In this document: piece after piece, positions 9,614-18,043 of the stretch
Position numbering within the stretch: the stretch's first letter is position 1
How the letters are laid out: each line of letters begins with the position of its first letter
Assembly (NCBI GenBank): GCA_020341815.1
Contig: CP070837.1
Coordinates: 135,229 to 199,228 of the forward strand
Length of the DNA stretch: 64,000 nucleotides
Reading direction: 5' to 3'
Source: Candidatus Omnitrophota bacterium
Lineage (GTDB): Bacteria; Omnitrophota; Gorgyraeia; JAFGHF01
Notes under the pieces: generated by a model
The model's database searches: none
What the model saw: the letters and a program-made list of their open reading frames with translations, nothing else
Told to the model about the DNA's origin: nothing
Made by a program: the position numbers and the translations under genes

Positions 9614-10633
9614 ATGAAGAGATATAATGTAGCGGTAGTAGGAGTGGGAGCGGTTGGTGAGGAAATGCTGCGCGTTCTGCACCAGCGAAAGTTTCCTGTA
9701 AATGAATTGCGTGTTTTTGCCCGCAGCTCACGGGAGATTGTCGTAGATAGGCATAAATATAGCGTCCGGAAGGTCTCTCCCGAGGGCTTTGAGGCAATAA
9801 ATATTGCTTTATTTGCCGGAACCGAAGGCGAAAAGGGCGCAGCCGTAACTTATGCCCCCGAGGCCATAAAAAGAGGGGCGATAGCGATTGATAACGGCGC
9901 AGACTTTCGTCTGAGGAAAGATGTGCCTTTGGTTGTGCCGGAAGTAAATCCGCAGGATGTAAAAAAGCATAAGGGGATTATCTCCAATCCCAATTGTTCT
10001 ACTATTCAGCTGGTTGTTGCCTGCGGGCCTATCCATAAAAAAGTAGGAATAAAAAGGATGATTGTTGCTACCTACCAGGCCGCCTCCGGCGCCGGCAGGG
10101 CAGCGGTGGATGAGTTGAACAGGCAGTCAAAGGAGGTCTTAAGCGGGGGCGCAGTAAGTGAGGCTAAGGCCCTCCCGGCCCGGATTGCCTTTAATGTTTT
10201 TCCGCAAATCGGCGGCTTCCAGAAGGATGATTATACAACAGAGGAGTGGAAGACGGTTAATGAGACGCACAAGATTCTCCATGATAATAAGATAAAGATT
10301 ACCTCAACCACAGCGCGCGTGCCTGTTGCCGTAGGCCACAGCCAGGCGGTTTATCTGGAGACGGCTGAAGAGATTTCTCCTGCCGGCCTCAGGCAGTTGC
10401 TTAAGAAATCAAAAGGCATAAAGGTGGTTGACGCAGCGCAAGGTGAGAAAGGGCGCAGTTATCCCCAGGCCATAGACGCCGCAGGAGGCGATGATGTATT
10501 GGTCGGGCGCATCAGAAAGGACCCATTTGTGAAAAATGGCCTCTGGTTATGGGTGGTTGCCGATAATCTGCGCAAAGGCGCAGCCTTGAATGCGGTGCAG
10601 ATTGCCGAACTCGTATGCGGAATATCAAGTTAA
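9614..10633 (+). CDS. asd: Aspartate-semialdehyde dehydrogenase
   Basis: N-terminal NAD-binding VAVVGVGAVG and the Asd active-site region (NPNCSTI). Confidence 0.9.
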   Translation: MKRYNVAVVGVGAVGEEMLRVLHQRKFPVNELRVFARSSREIVVDRHKYSVRKVSPEGFEAINIALFAGTEGEKGAAVTYAPEAIKRGAIAIDNGADFRLRKDVPLVVPEVNPQDVKKHKGIISNPNCSTIQLVVACGPIHKKVGIKRMIVATYQAASGAGRAAVDELNRQSKEVLSGGAVSEAKALPARIAFNVFPQIGGFQKDDYTTEEWKTVNETHKILHDNKIKITSTTARVPVAVGHSQAVYLETAEEISPAGLRQLLKKSKGIKVVDAAQGEKGRSYPQAIDAAGGDDVLVGRIRKDPFVKNGLWLWVVADNLRKGAALNAVQIAELVCGISS

Positions 10634-11364
10634 TCATTGAATATGAGGGCAGCGGTTATTCCGGCTGGCAGGTACAAAACGGAAGTCAGAGAAAAACCGT
10701 TCAGGAGACGATAGAAGGCGCCTTAGCTCAGATTCTTCAGGAAAAGGTTAAATTAATCGGTTCAGGAAGGACCGATAGCGGGGTTCATGCCCAAGCCCAG
10801 ATAGCCAATTTTAAGACCAAATCCGGGCTTGATTGCGCCAATATCAAGAGGGCCTTAAACAGTGTTTTGCCTGTGGATATCCGTATCAAAGAGGTCAAAG
10901 AGGCCCATCCCGATTTTCACGCAAGATTTGCTGCCCAAAGCAAGACCTATCGCTACACTATAGTTAATGACAGCTTTGCCTCGCCTTTTCTCAGGCGCTA
11001 CGCGCATCTGATAAAGTACCCTTTAAGTATAACAAAGATGCGTAAAGCAGGTAATTATCTTATAGGAAGGCATAATCTCGCTTCCTTTCAGGCCCAGGAT
11101 AAAAGAAAGAGGCCGGCGGTGCGCACAATCAAGCGCCTGAACGTGCGCAAGTATAAGAATCTTATACATATAGACATTGAGGCCGACGGTTTTCTCTACC
11201 GGATGGTGCGCAATATTGTAGGCACCCTTATTGAAGTGGGCCGAAAGAAGCTTACTCCAGAGGATATAAAGGCCATTCTTAAGGCCAAAAACAGGATTTA
11301 TGCCGGTCCCTGTGCCCCGGCCAGGGGTTTGTGCCTCTTAGAGGTGAGATATAAAAGGGGTTGA
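10615..11364 (+). CDS. truA: tRNA pseudouridine(38-40) synthase
   Basis: IEYEGSGYSGWQ and RTDSGVHA motifs. Confidence 0.85.
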   Translation: MRNIKLIIEYEGSGYSGWQVQNGSQRKTVQETIEGALAQILQEKVKLIGSGRTDSGVHAQAQIANFKTKSGLDCANIKRALNSVLPVDIRIKEVKEAHPDFHARFAAQSKTYRYTIVNDSFASPFLRRYAHLIKYPLSITKMRKAGNYLIGRHNLASFQAQDKRKRPAVRTIKRLNVRKYKNLIHIDIEADGFLYRMVRNIVGTLIEVGRKKLTPEDIKAILKAKNRIYAGPCAPARGLCLLEVRYKRG

Positions 11365-11389
11365 CAAACGGCTAAAATTATGCTATACT
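11361..11389 (+). promoter_or_regulatory. Sigma70-type promoter TTGACA-17-TATACT upstream of rplM-rpsI
   Basis: TTGACA at 11361-11366, a 17-nt spacer and TATACT at 11384-11389. Confidence 0.6.
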
Positions 11390-11414
11390 TCACCTCTCCC
11401 GAAAAGAGGCAAAA

Positions 11415-11843
11415 ATGAAGACCTACATCGCTAAACCCAAAGAAATCAAGAGGAAATGGTATTTGCTTGACGCCAAGGATAAAATCTTGGGCCGTATTGC
11501 CACGCAGGCGGCGACGATTCTGCGCGGCAAGCATAAGGCCATCTTTACACCTCATGTCGATTGCGGAGATTATGTGGTTATAATTAACGCTAAAGATATA
11601 AGGGTAACCGGAAACAAGATGGAAGAGAAGATGTATAAGCGTTATTCCGGATATCCCAGCGGATTGAAGGAAACGCCGCTAAAAGATATGCTTAAGAAAA
11701 AGCCTGAAGAGGCGCTTAAGCATGCAATCAAGGGGATGCTGCCTAAGGGGCCTTTAGGCAGAGAGACTTTTAAAAAGCTGAAGATTTATGCAGGAAGCGC
11801 CCATCATCACCAGGCCCAGAAACCAAAGGTCTTGGAGCTTTAA
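11415..11843 (+). CDS. rplM: 50S ribosomal protein L13
   Basis: [30 protein letters not shown] is a canonical L13 N-terminus. Confidence 0.95.
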   Translation: MKTYIAKPKEIKRKWYLLDAKDKILGRIATQAATILRGKHKAIFTPHVDCGDYVVIINAKDIRVTGNKMEEKMYKRYSGYPSGLKETPLKDMLKKKPEEALKHAIKGMLPKGPLGRETFKKLKIYAGSAHHHQAQKPKVLEL

Positions 11844-11846
11844 GCT

Positions 11847-12239
11847 ATGGAAAAGGAAAAATTTCAGGGGACAGGAAGAAGAAAAAGAGCCGTAGCCAGG
11901 ATAATGCTTTCGCCGGGCGAAGGGAAAGTGCTGATTAACGGCAGGACGCCGGAGGACTACTTTCCTATTCCGACCCTGCGTGTATGTATCTTGCAGCCTC
12001 TGAAAGCTACAGATACCCTAAAGAAGTTTAACGTCCATGTCAATGTAAGAGGCGGAGGTACCGCCGGCCAGGCCGAAGCTGTGCGTCATGGGATCGCCCG
12101 GGCTTTAATCAAAGCGGATGAAACCCTGCGCGCAACATTAAAAAGCGCCGGTTTCCTAAGGCGTGACCCACGGATGAAAGAGCGCAAGAAATACGGGCAA
12201 AAAGGCGCGCGACGGCAATTCCAGTGGACCAAGCGATAA
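11847..12239 (+). CDS. rpsI: 30S ribosomal protein S9
   Basis: [12 protein letters not shown] motif and a C-terminal basic tail ending in KR. Confidence 0.95.
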   Translation: MEKEKFQGTGRRKRAVARIMLSPGEGKVLINGRTPEDYFPIPTLRVCILQPLKATDTLKKFNVHVNVRGGGTAGQAEAVRHGIARALIKADETLRATLKSAGFLRRDPRMKERKKYGQKGARRQFQWTKR

Positions 12240-12302
12240 GTAAGGAGGACCAGCCAGAGATTGTTTAATATTTTTAAGTTTAATATTTAAGGTTTTAAAA
12301 TG

Positions 12303-12350
12303 AGCCTACTTATCGACGAAATTTCTTGACGGAGTAGGCTTTTTTATTTT
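12303..12350 (+). terminator. Putative intrinsic terminator after rpsI
   Basis: Stem GCCTACT...AGTAGGC followed by TTTTTTATTTT. Confidence 0.5.
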
Positions 12351-12364
12351 ATAATATAAGTGAG

Positions 12365-12400
12365 GTTATAACTTATGGAACGAAGTAAACATAAGTTATA
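12365..12400 (+). promoter_or_regulatory. 12-bp perfect inverted repeat TTATAACTTATG-N12-CATAAGTTATAA in the argC leader
   Basis: Directly visible. A second imperfect hairpin (CCGAC..TGCGGGAAA / TTTCCCCGCA..GTCGG) follows at 12411-12465. Confidence 0.5.
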
Positions 12401-12486
12401 AGGCCGAACTTATTCCGACGAGTGCGGGAAAATTGTGGAATAGAATTTCCCCGCATCATACGAGTCGGAGAAGAGGATAAACGGTT

Positions 12487-13506
12487 ATGTTAAAAATTGC
12501 TATAGTAGGGGCAACAGGATATGCAGGTGAGGAATTATTGAAAGTTTTAGTCAATCATCCCCGCCTTAAGATAACCTCTGTCTCGGCGAAGATAGATAAA
12601 CCGCAGAAGATCGATCAAGTCTTTCCTTATCTTAAAGGCAAGTTAGATTTAATCTGTAAAGAGCCGGACTTTTCTCAAATTGTACCTGATTGCGATTTGG
12701 CCTTTCTGGCGCTTCCGCACCGGGTATCTATGGATGTGGCTCCTCAATTTCTGCATGGGGGAAAGAAGGTTATCGACTTAAGCGCAGATTATAGATTAAA
12801 AGAGACTTCTGTCTATGAGAAGTGGTACGCCGCCAAACATAAAGACCCCGAACATCTTAAAGGGGCAGTTTATGGCCTGCCGGAAGTTTACAGAAAAAAA
12901 ATTAAACAGGCCCAGCTTATAGCCAATCCCGGCTGTTATCCTACGGGAATAATTCTGGGCTGCCTGCCTTTTTTGTCGAAGCATGCGGTGTTCACGGAGA
13001 ATATTATCGTTGATGCCAAGACCGGCTTAAGCGGCGCAGGAAGAGAAAAAGAGGCCTTGCTTATTCCCCAGATGCAGGATAATTTCAGGGCCTATAAGGT
13101 TGATGAACATCAGCATTCACCGGAGATAAATCAGGAATTATCCGGCTTTGCCAAAGAAAAAATAGAGATTACCTTTACCCCTCATCTTATTCCTATAAAG
13201 AGGGGAATCTTGAGCACAATTTATTTTCAATTGAAAAATAGAATTTCCCAGGAAGAGGCGCAGAAACTGTATCAGGATTTTTATCAGAATGAGCCGTTCG
13301 TGAAAGTGTTACCGGAAGGAAAGTTTCCTCAGCTTAGGGATGTAGTGAAGACGAATTTCTGCCACATAGGCTTGAAGGTAAACCCGGCCAGAAAAACAGC
13401 TATTGTTATTTCCGCCATAGATAACTTGGTTAAGGGTGCCTCCGGACAGGCGGTACAGAATATGAATATTATGTATGGGTTTGAAGAAACAGAAGGCTTG
13501 AAATGA
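12487..13506 (+). CDS. argC: N-acetyl-gamma-glutamyl-phosphate reductase
   Basis: MLKIAIVGATGYAGEEL and the active-site Cys region (NPGCYPT). Confidence 0.9.
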   Translation: MLKIAIVGATGYAGEELLKVLVNHPRLKITSVSAKIDKPQKIDQVFPYLKGKLDLICKEPDFSQIVPDCDLAFLALPHRVSMDVAPQFLHGGKKVIDLSADYRLKETSVYEKWYAAKHKDPEHLKGAVYGLPEVYRKKIKQAQLIANPGCYPTGIILGCLPFLSKHAVFTENIIVDAKTGLSGAGREKEALLIPQMQDNFRAYKVDEHQHSPEINQELSGFAKEKIEITFTPHLIPIKRGILSTIYFQLKNRISQEEAQKLYQDFYQNEPFVKVLPEGKFPQLRDVVKTNFCHIGLKVNPARKTAIVISAIDNLVKGASGQAVQNMNIMYGFEETEGLK

Positions 13507-13620
13507 ACCCCGCCCTTCCTAAAAAATGCAACTTAAGTATTGCAAAGAAGCGCTGGGGAGCTTTACTTTTGTTAAAAAAATGTATACAGAATAAGGGATG
13601 AAAGGAAGAGCGGGGTGAAG
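13504..13620 (+). repeat. IR-flanked intergenic repeat element, copy 2, subfamily B
   Basis: Left end TGAACCCCGCCCTTCC includes the argC stop. Right end GGAAGAGCGGGGTGAAG includes the argJ GTG start. Confidence 0.8.
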
Positions 13621-14802
13621 ATTATTGAAGGAGGAATAACAGCGCCAAAGGGTTTTACCTCAGGCGGCGTCCATTGCGGCATAAAATACAGAAATAAAGA
13701 CTTGAGCTTGATATATTCAAAAGCTCCTTGTCTGGGGTGTGGGTTGTTCACCCAGAATAAGGTTCAGGCCGCACCTGTTAAGATAACTCGTGCCCATTTA
13801 AAGAATAATAAAGCCCAGGCCATTATTGCCAACAGCGGAAATGCCAATTGTTGCACGGGAGAGCAAGGCCTTAAAGATGCCCGCAGGATATGTAAAGTTG
13901 TGGCCGATAAATTGGGCATAAGTCCGAGCGATGTCCTGGTAGCCTCTACAGGGATTATCGGCAAGAGATTGCCGATGGAGAGAATGGAAAAAGCTATCCC
14001 TGCGCTGCTTGATAGATTAAGCAACGAAAGAAGCCTTGAGGCGGCCCATGCGATTATGACTACGGATACTAAGCCTAAGCAGATATCCGTAGAGCTGAAC
14101 TTGGGAAGTGCTAAGGTGAGAATTGGCGCTATCGCCAAGGGCGCAGGGATGCTCCAGCCTCATTTGGCTACGATGCTCGCCTTTATTAGCACCGATGCGA
14201 AAATAGATAAAACAAGATTACAAAAAGCGCTTAAAGAGGCGGTGGATAATTCCTTCAATCTGATTACTGTAGAGGGCGATACCAGTACCAATGATATGGT
14301 TTTGATGCTGGCTAATGGTTTATCCGGCAATAAAAAGCTTAACGCAAAAGAGTTTATGCTTTTTCAGCAGGCCCTTAATTTTGTCTGCCTTTCCTTGGCT
14401 AAGATGCTTATTAAGGATGCCGAGGGCGCAACCAAATTTGCCCAGATTAAGGTGGAGCAGGCAAAAAATATTACTCAAGCCAAGCAAGTAGCCTTTAAAG
14501 TGGCCAATTCTGCTTTGGTAAAGACTGCCTTATTCGGGTCCAATCCCAACTGGGGCAGGATTGCTGCCGCAGCCGGTTGTGCCGATAGCGCGATCAAGGC
14601 TGATAGACTGGATATTTATCTGGATGGGCTAAAGGTATTGCAAAAAGGCGTTGTCTCGAAAGTGGACCGCCAGAGATTAAATGAAAGCTTCAAAAAAGAC
14701 GAAATAGAGATAAAAATTAATTTAGGATTAGGCAAATCTGCAACACGTGTTTTTACATGCGACCTGTCCGGGAAATATGTCAAGATCAATGCCAGGTATT
14801 AA
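13615..14802 (+). CDS. argJ: Bifunctional glutamate N-acetyltransferase / ornithine acetyltransferase
   Basis: GITAPKGF, ATMLAFISTDA and the T-autocleavage region. GTG start. Confidence 0.9.
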   Translation: MKIIEGGITAPKGFTSGGVHCGIKYRNKDLSLIYSKAPCLGCGLFTQNKVQAAPVKITRAHLKNNKAQAIIANSGNANCCTGEQGLKDARRICKVVADKLGISPSDVLVASTGIIGKRLPMERMEKAIPALLDRLSNERSLEAAHAIMTTDTKPKQISVELNLGSAKVRIGAIAKGAGMLQPHLATMLAFISTDAKIDKTRLQKALKEAVDNSFNLITVEGDTSTNDMVLMLANGLSGNKKLNAKEFMLFQQALNFVCLSLAKMLIKDAEGATKFAQIKVEQAKNITQAKQVAFKVANSALVKTALFGSNPNWGRIAAAAGCADSAIKADRLDIYLDGLKVLQKGVVSKVDRQRLNESFKKDEIEIKINLGLGKSATRVFTCDLSGKYVKINARY

Positions 14803-14823
14803 CCGCAGGAGTGTTGAAGTTTA

Positions 14824-15678
14824 ATGAAAAAGGCGATACAGAAGGCGGATATTTTATTAGAGGCCCTGCCTTATATTAAGAAGTTTCAGCATAAGGTTAT
14901 GGTGATAAAGTGCGGGGGCAGGCAGTTAATGAATAAACACATTATTGATAATATCCTGCAGGATATAGTGTTTATGAATTGCGTGGGCCTGAATCCGGTG
15001 CTTATCCACGGAGGCGGCCCCAGCATTAATCAGACACTGCAAGATTTAGGCAAAAAGATAGAGTTTCATCAGGGCTTTCGTGTTACGGATAAGCATACCT
15101 TAACAGTGGTGGTTAAGGAGTTAAATAAGCTTAACCAGTTAATGGTGAAGAAAATCAGGCAACTGGGAGCAAAGGCCGAAGGCCTAAGCGGTCAAAAGGG
15201 TAAGGCAATTAAAGCAAAAAAATTGCATTTCGATAAGAATATCGGTTTTGTGGGAGAGGTGGCCGCGATAAATACGCAAGGGATAAAAAATTTATTAAAA
15301 AGAGGAGTTGTGCCGGTACTTACTCCTTTGGGAATAGGCAGGGACAATCAAATTTACAACATTAATGCCGATATGGCAGCGGCGGAGATAGCCGCACAAT
15401 TAGGAGCGTGGAAACTGGTTCTTTTGACCGATGTGCAGGGTATTATGTATAGTCAAAGGGATAAAAATTCGCTGATTTCGACTTTGAAAATAGCAGAGAT
15501 TAAAGCTTTGATTAAAAAAGGCATTATCCATGGAGGGATGCTGCCCAAGGTTGCTTCCTGCGTAAAAGCATTAAAAAATGGAGTAAAAAAGACGCACATA
15601 ATTGACGGGGGAACCCCTCGTTCCTTGCTTCTGGAAATCTTTACCAATGAAGGTATCGGTACCCAGATTGTCAGTTAG
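14824..15678 (+). CDS. argB: Acetylglutamate kinase
   Basis: VIKCGG and the amino-acid kinase fold, with arginine-cluster context. Confidence 0.9.
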   Translation: MKKAIQKADILLEALPYIKKFQHKVMVIKCGGRQLMNKHIIDNILQDIVFMNCVGLNPVLIHGGGPSINQTLQDLGKKIEFHQGFRVTDKHTLTVVVKELNKLNQLMVKKIRQLGAKAEGLSGQKGKAIKAKKLHFDKNIGFVGEVAAINTQGIKNLLKRGVVPVLTPLGIGRDNQIYNINADMAAAEIAAQLGAWKLVLLTDVQGIMYSQRDKNSLISTLKIAEIKALIKKGIIHGGMLPKVASCVKALKNGVKKTHIIDGGTPRSLLLEIFTNEGIGTQIVS

Positions 15679-15812
15679 TCGCTCGTCGCTCGTATCTGGT
15701 ATCTAGTAAGAAGTAAGACAGAAACAATAAAATTTTTTAAATATTTAGAAATTACACAAAAAGTTTTTAATAACTAGATACAAGATACTGGATACTAGAT
15801 ACTAGTAAAAAT
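15675..15812. repeat. Inverted arrays of GTATCTNG/GTCGCT heptamer repeats flanking an AT-rich core (argB-argD intergenic)
   Basis: Left arm is TAGTCGCTCGTCGCTCGTATCTGGTATCTAGTAAGAAGTAAG. Right arm is CTAGATACAAGATACTGGATACTAGATACTAGTAA, the reverse complement of tandem GTATCTNG units. About 60 bp of AT-rich sequence lies between them. Confidence 0.6.
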
Positions 15813-16994
15813 ATGGATAAGAATAAATTAATTAAAGAATATGAAAAATATGTAATGCCCACTTATACCAGGACACCTTTGGTGATTACAAAGGGTAAGG
15901 GCTCAAAGGTTTGGGATGAGAGTGGCAAGGAATATCTGGACTTTTTTCCCGGCTGGGCAGTCAGCGGCCTGGGACACAGGCATCCTCTGGTAGTTGCGGC
16001 TTTATCGGAGCAGGCCAAGAAAGTTCTACATGTACCCAATAATTATTATAATGAATTGCAGGGAGAATTAGCAAAAAAGATTTCTCAAAGTTCTTTTGAC
16101 GGCAAGGTTTTTTTCTGTAACAGCGGCGCCGAAAGCGTTGAGTCGGCAATAAAACTGGCCAGGCTTTACGGAAGCAGCGCCGGTAAATACGAAATTATCA
16201 CTATGGAAAACTCTTTCCATGGCAGGACATTAGCTTCTTTGGCCGCCACAGGCCAAAGTAAATATAAAGAAGGTTTTGCTCCTTTGCCGCAAGGATTTCT
16301 CCAGGTGCCTTTCAATGATTTGGCGGCCCTGAAGGCAAAAATTAACCCAAAGACGACTGCTGTGATGCTTGAGCTGATTCAGGGAGAAGGCGGGATAAAT
16401 GTAGCCGACCCCGAATATATTAAAGCTATAAAAGCGCTTTGCGATGAAAAGGGCTTGCTTTTGATTTTTGATGAGGTGCAGACGGGAATAGGAAGAACGG
16501 GAAAGATGTTTTGCTATCAGCATTATGGTATTACGCCCGATATAATGACTATGGCAAAGTCCTTAGGCGGAGGCTTTCCTATAGGAGCAATTATTGCCCA
16601 GAGAAAAATCGCCGATACATTGGGGCCGGGAAAGCATGCCTCTACCTTTGGGGGCAGTCCTTTGGCCTGCGCCTGCAGTTTGGCGGTTTTTCAGGCCGTA
16701 GAGAAAGAAAAACTTTTAGCCAATGCTAAAGAGACGGGCGAATATTTATATAAAAAATTATCCCATTTGAAAGAAAAATATCATATAATAAAAGAGATTA
16801 GAGGAAAAGGCCTGATGCTGGGGATAGAATTGGATAAAGAGGGAGGCCCCATATATGAGGAGTGTCTTAAAAAGGGCCTTCTGATTAATTGCACGCACGG
16901 CAATGTCTTAAGGATAATGCCCCGCTTGGGCGTATCAAAAGCTGAAATAGATAAGGCGATAGCTATTCTGGATAGCGTATTGCAGGGAAGCTGA
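15813..16994 (+). CDS. argD: Acetylornithine aminotransferase
   Basis: Class-III aminotransferase motifs (FDEVQTGIGRTG and the PLP lysine region). Confidence 0.9.
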   Translation: MDKNKLIKEYEKYVMPTYTRTPLVITKGKGSKVWDESGKEYLDFFPGWAVSGLGHRHPLVVAALSEQAKKVLHVPNNYYNELQGELAKKISQSSFDGKVFFCNSGAESVESAIKLARLYGSSAGKYEIITMENSFHGRTLASLAATGQSKYKEGFAPLPQGFLQVPFNDLAALKAKINPKTTAVMLELIQGEGGINVADPEYIKAIKALCDEKGLLLIFDEVQTGIGRTGKMFCYQHYGITPDIMTMAKSLGGGFPIGAIIAQRKIADTLGPGKHASTFGGSPLACACSLAVFQAVEKEKLLANAKETGEYLYKKLSHLKEKYHIIKEIRGKGLMLGIELDKEGGPIYEECLKKGLLINCTHGNVLRIMPRLGVSKAEIDKAIAILDSVLQGS

Positions 16995-17001
16995 GAAAAA
17001 A

Positions 17002-17922
17002 ATGAAGAGAGACTTTCTTTCCATTAAGGATTTGCAGTTAGAAGAGATTGAGCATATCTTTAGCCTGACCGATGAGCTCAAGGCGAAGGTCAAGGACCAT
17101 AGCCGCAGTTTATCGGGTAAGTCCCTGGGGCTCATCTTTCTCAAGCCTTCTTTAAGGACAAGGGTATCTTTTGAAGTGGGGATGAACCAGTTAGGGGGTT
17201 ACGCCCTTTCCCTGGCGGCGGAAGATATAAAGTTTGGCACCAGAGAAGCGGCTAAAGATTTCGGTAAAGTTCTTTCGCGATATTTAGATGCCTTGGTGGT
17301 AAGGACCTTTTCTCATAGCGAAGTTGAGGAGCTGGCAGACTCATCCGATATTCCCGTAATCAACGGCTTAACGGATTTACTGCACCCTTGCCAGGCATTA
17401 AGCGACCTTTATACCATTAAAGAGAAAAAAGGTAATTTAGACGATATTAAGCTTGCCTTTATAGGTGACGGAAATAATGTAGCCCATTCTTTGCTTTACG
17501 GATGCGCTAAATTAGGAGTAAACTTAAAGATAGCTACTCCCTCCAAACATAAACCTGATGAGGAAATCTTTAATCATGCAAAGGAACTGGCCAAATCATC
17601 CGGAGTGGAAATAATTTTGTCGGATAAGCCCTCCAGCGCGGCAGCCAATGCCGATGTAATATATACCGATGTCTGGGCAAGTATGGGCCAGGAGAGAGAA
17701 TATAAGAAAAAAGTTAAAGATTTTAAAGGATTTCAGGTAAATCAGGAGCTTCTTTCTTTGGCAAAACCAGATTGTCTGGTGATGCATTGCCTGCCGGCGC
17801 ACAGAGGCGAAGAGATAACCGATGAGGTACTTGACGGGGCCCATTCCATAGTATTTGACCAGGCAGAGAACAGGATGCACCTGCAGAAGGCAATATTATT
17901 GATGTTGTTAGGAGGATATTGA
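17002..17922 (+). CDS. argF: Ornithine carbamoyltransferase
   Basis: STRTR and HCLPA motifs. Confidence 0.9.
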   Translation: MKRDFLSIKDLQLEEIEHIFSLTDELKAKVKDHSRSLSGKSLGLIFLKPSLRTRVSFEVGMNQLGGYALSLAAEDIKFGTREAAKDFGKVLSRYLDALVVRTFSHSEVEELADSSDIPVINGLTDLLHPCQALSDLYTIKEKKGNLDDIKLAFIGDGNNVAHSLLYGCAKLGVNLKIATPSKHKPDEEIFNHAKELAKSSGVEIILSDKPSSAAANADVIYTDVWASMGQEREYKKKVKDFKGFQVNQELLSLAKPDCLVMHCLPAHRGEEITDEVLDGAHSIVFDQAENRMHLQKAILLMLLGGY

Positions 17923-18043
17923 TGAACCCCGTTACTCCCAAGCACCACGCCTTGCATAATAGATATGGGCGAAGCTAATAAAAAGGAATAGCGGGGATAA
18001 AGATTTGGCATTAGGATGAGATGAAAGGAGTAACGGGGTGAAA
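17923..18043 (+). repeat. IR-flanked intergenic repeat element, copy 3, subfamily A, with compensatory arm changes
   Basis: Left end TGAACCCCGTTACTCC and right end GGAGTAACGGGGTGAA, including the argG GTG start. The arms differ from the other copies but remain mutually complementary. Confidence 0.8.

Noticed and set aside
12365-12400. ArgR ARG-box operator upstream of argC.
   Set aside because: The palindrome TTATAACTTATG/CATAAGTTATAA does not fit the TGAATA-W-TATTCA ARG-box consensus. I kept it as an unclassified regulatory palindrome.
12240-12486. tRNA or other known RNA gene in the 247-bp rpsI-argC gap.
   Set aside because: No cloverleaf-compatible segment or T-loop GTTCRANYC motif. The content is better explained as a terminator, a promoter and leader hairpins.
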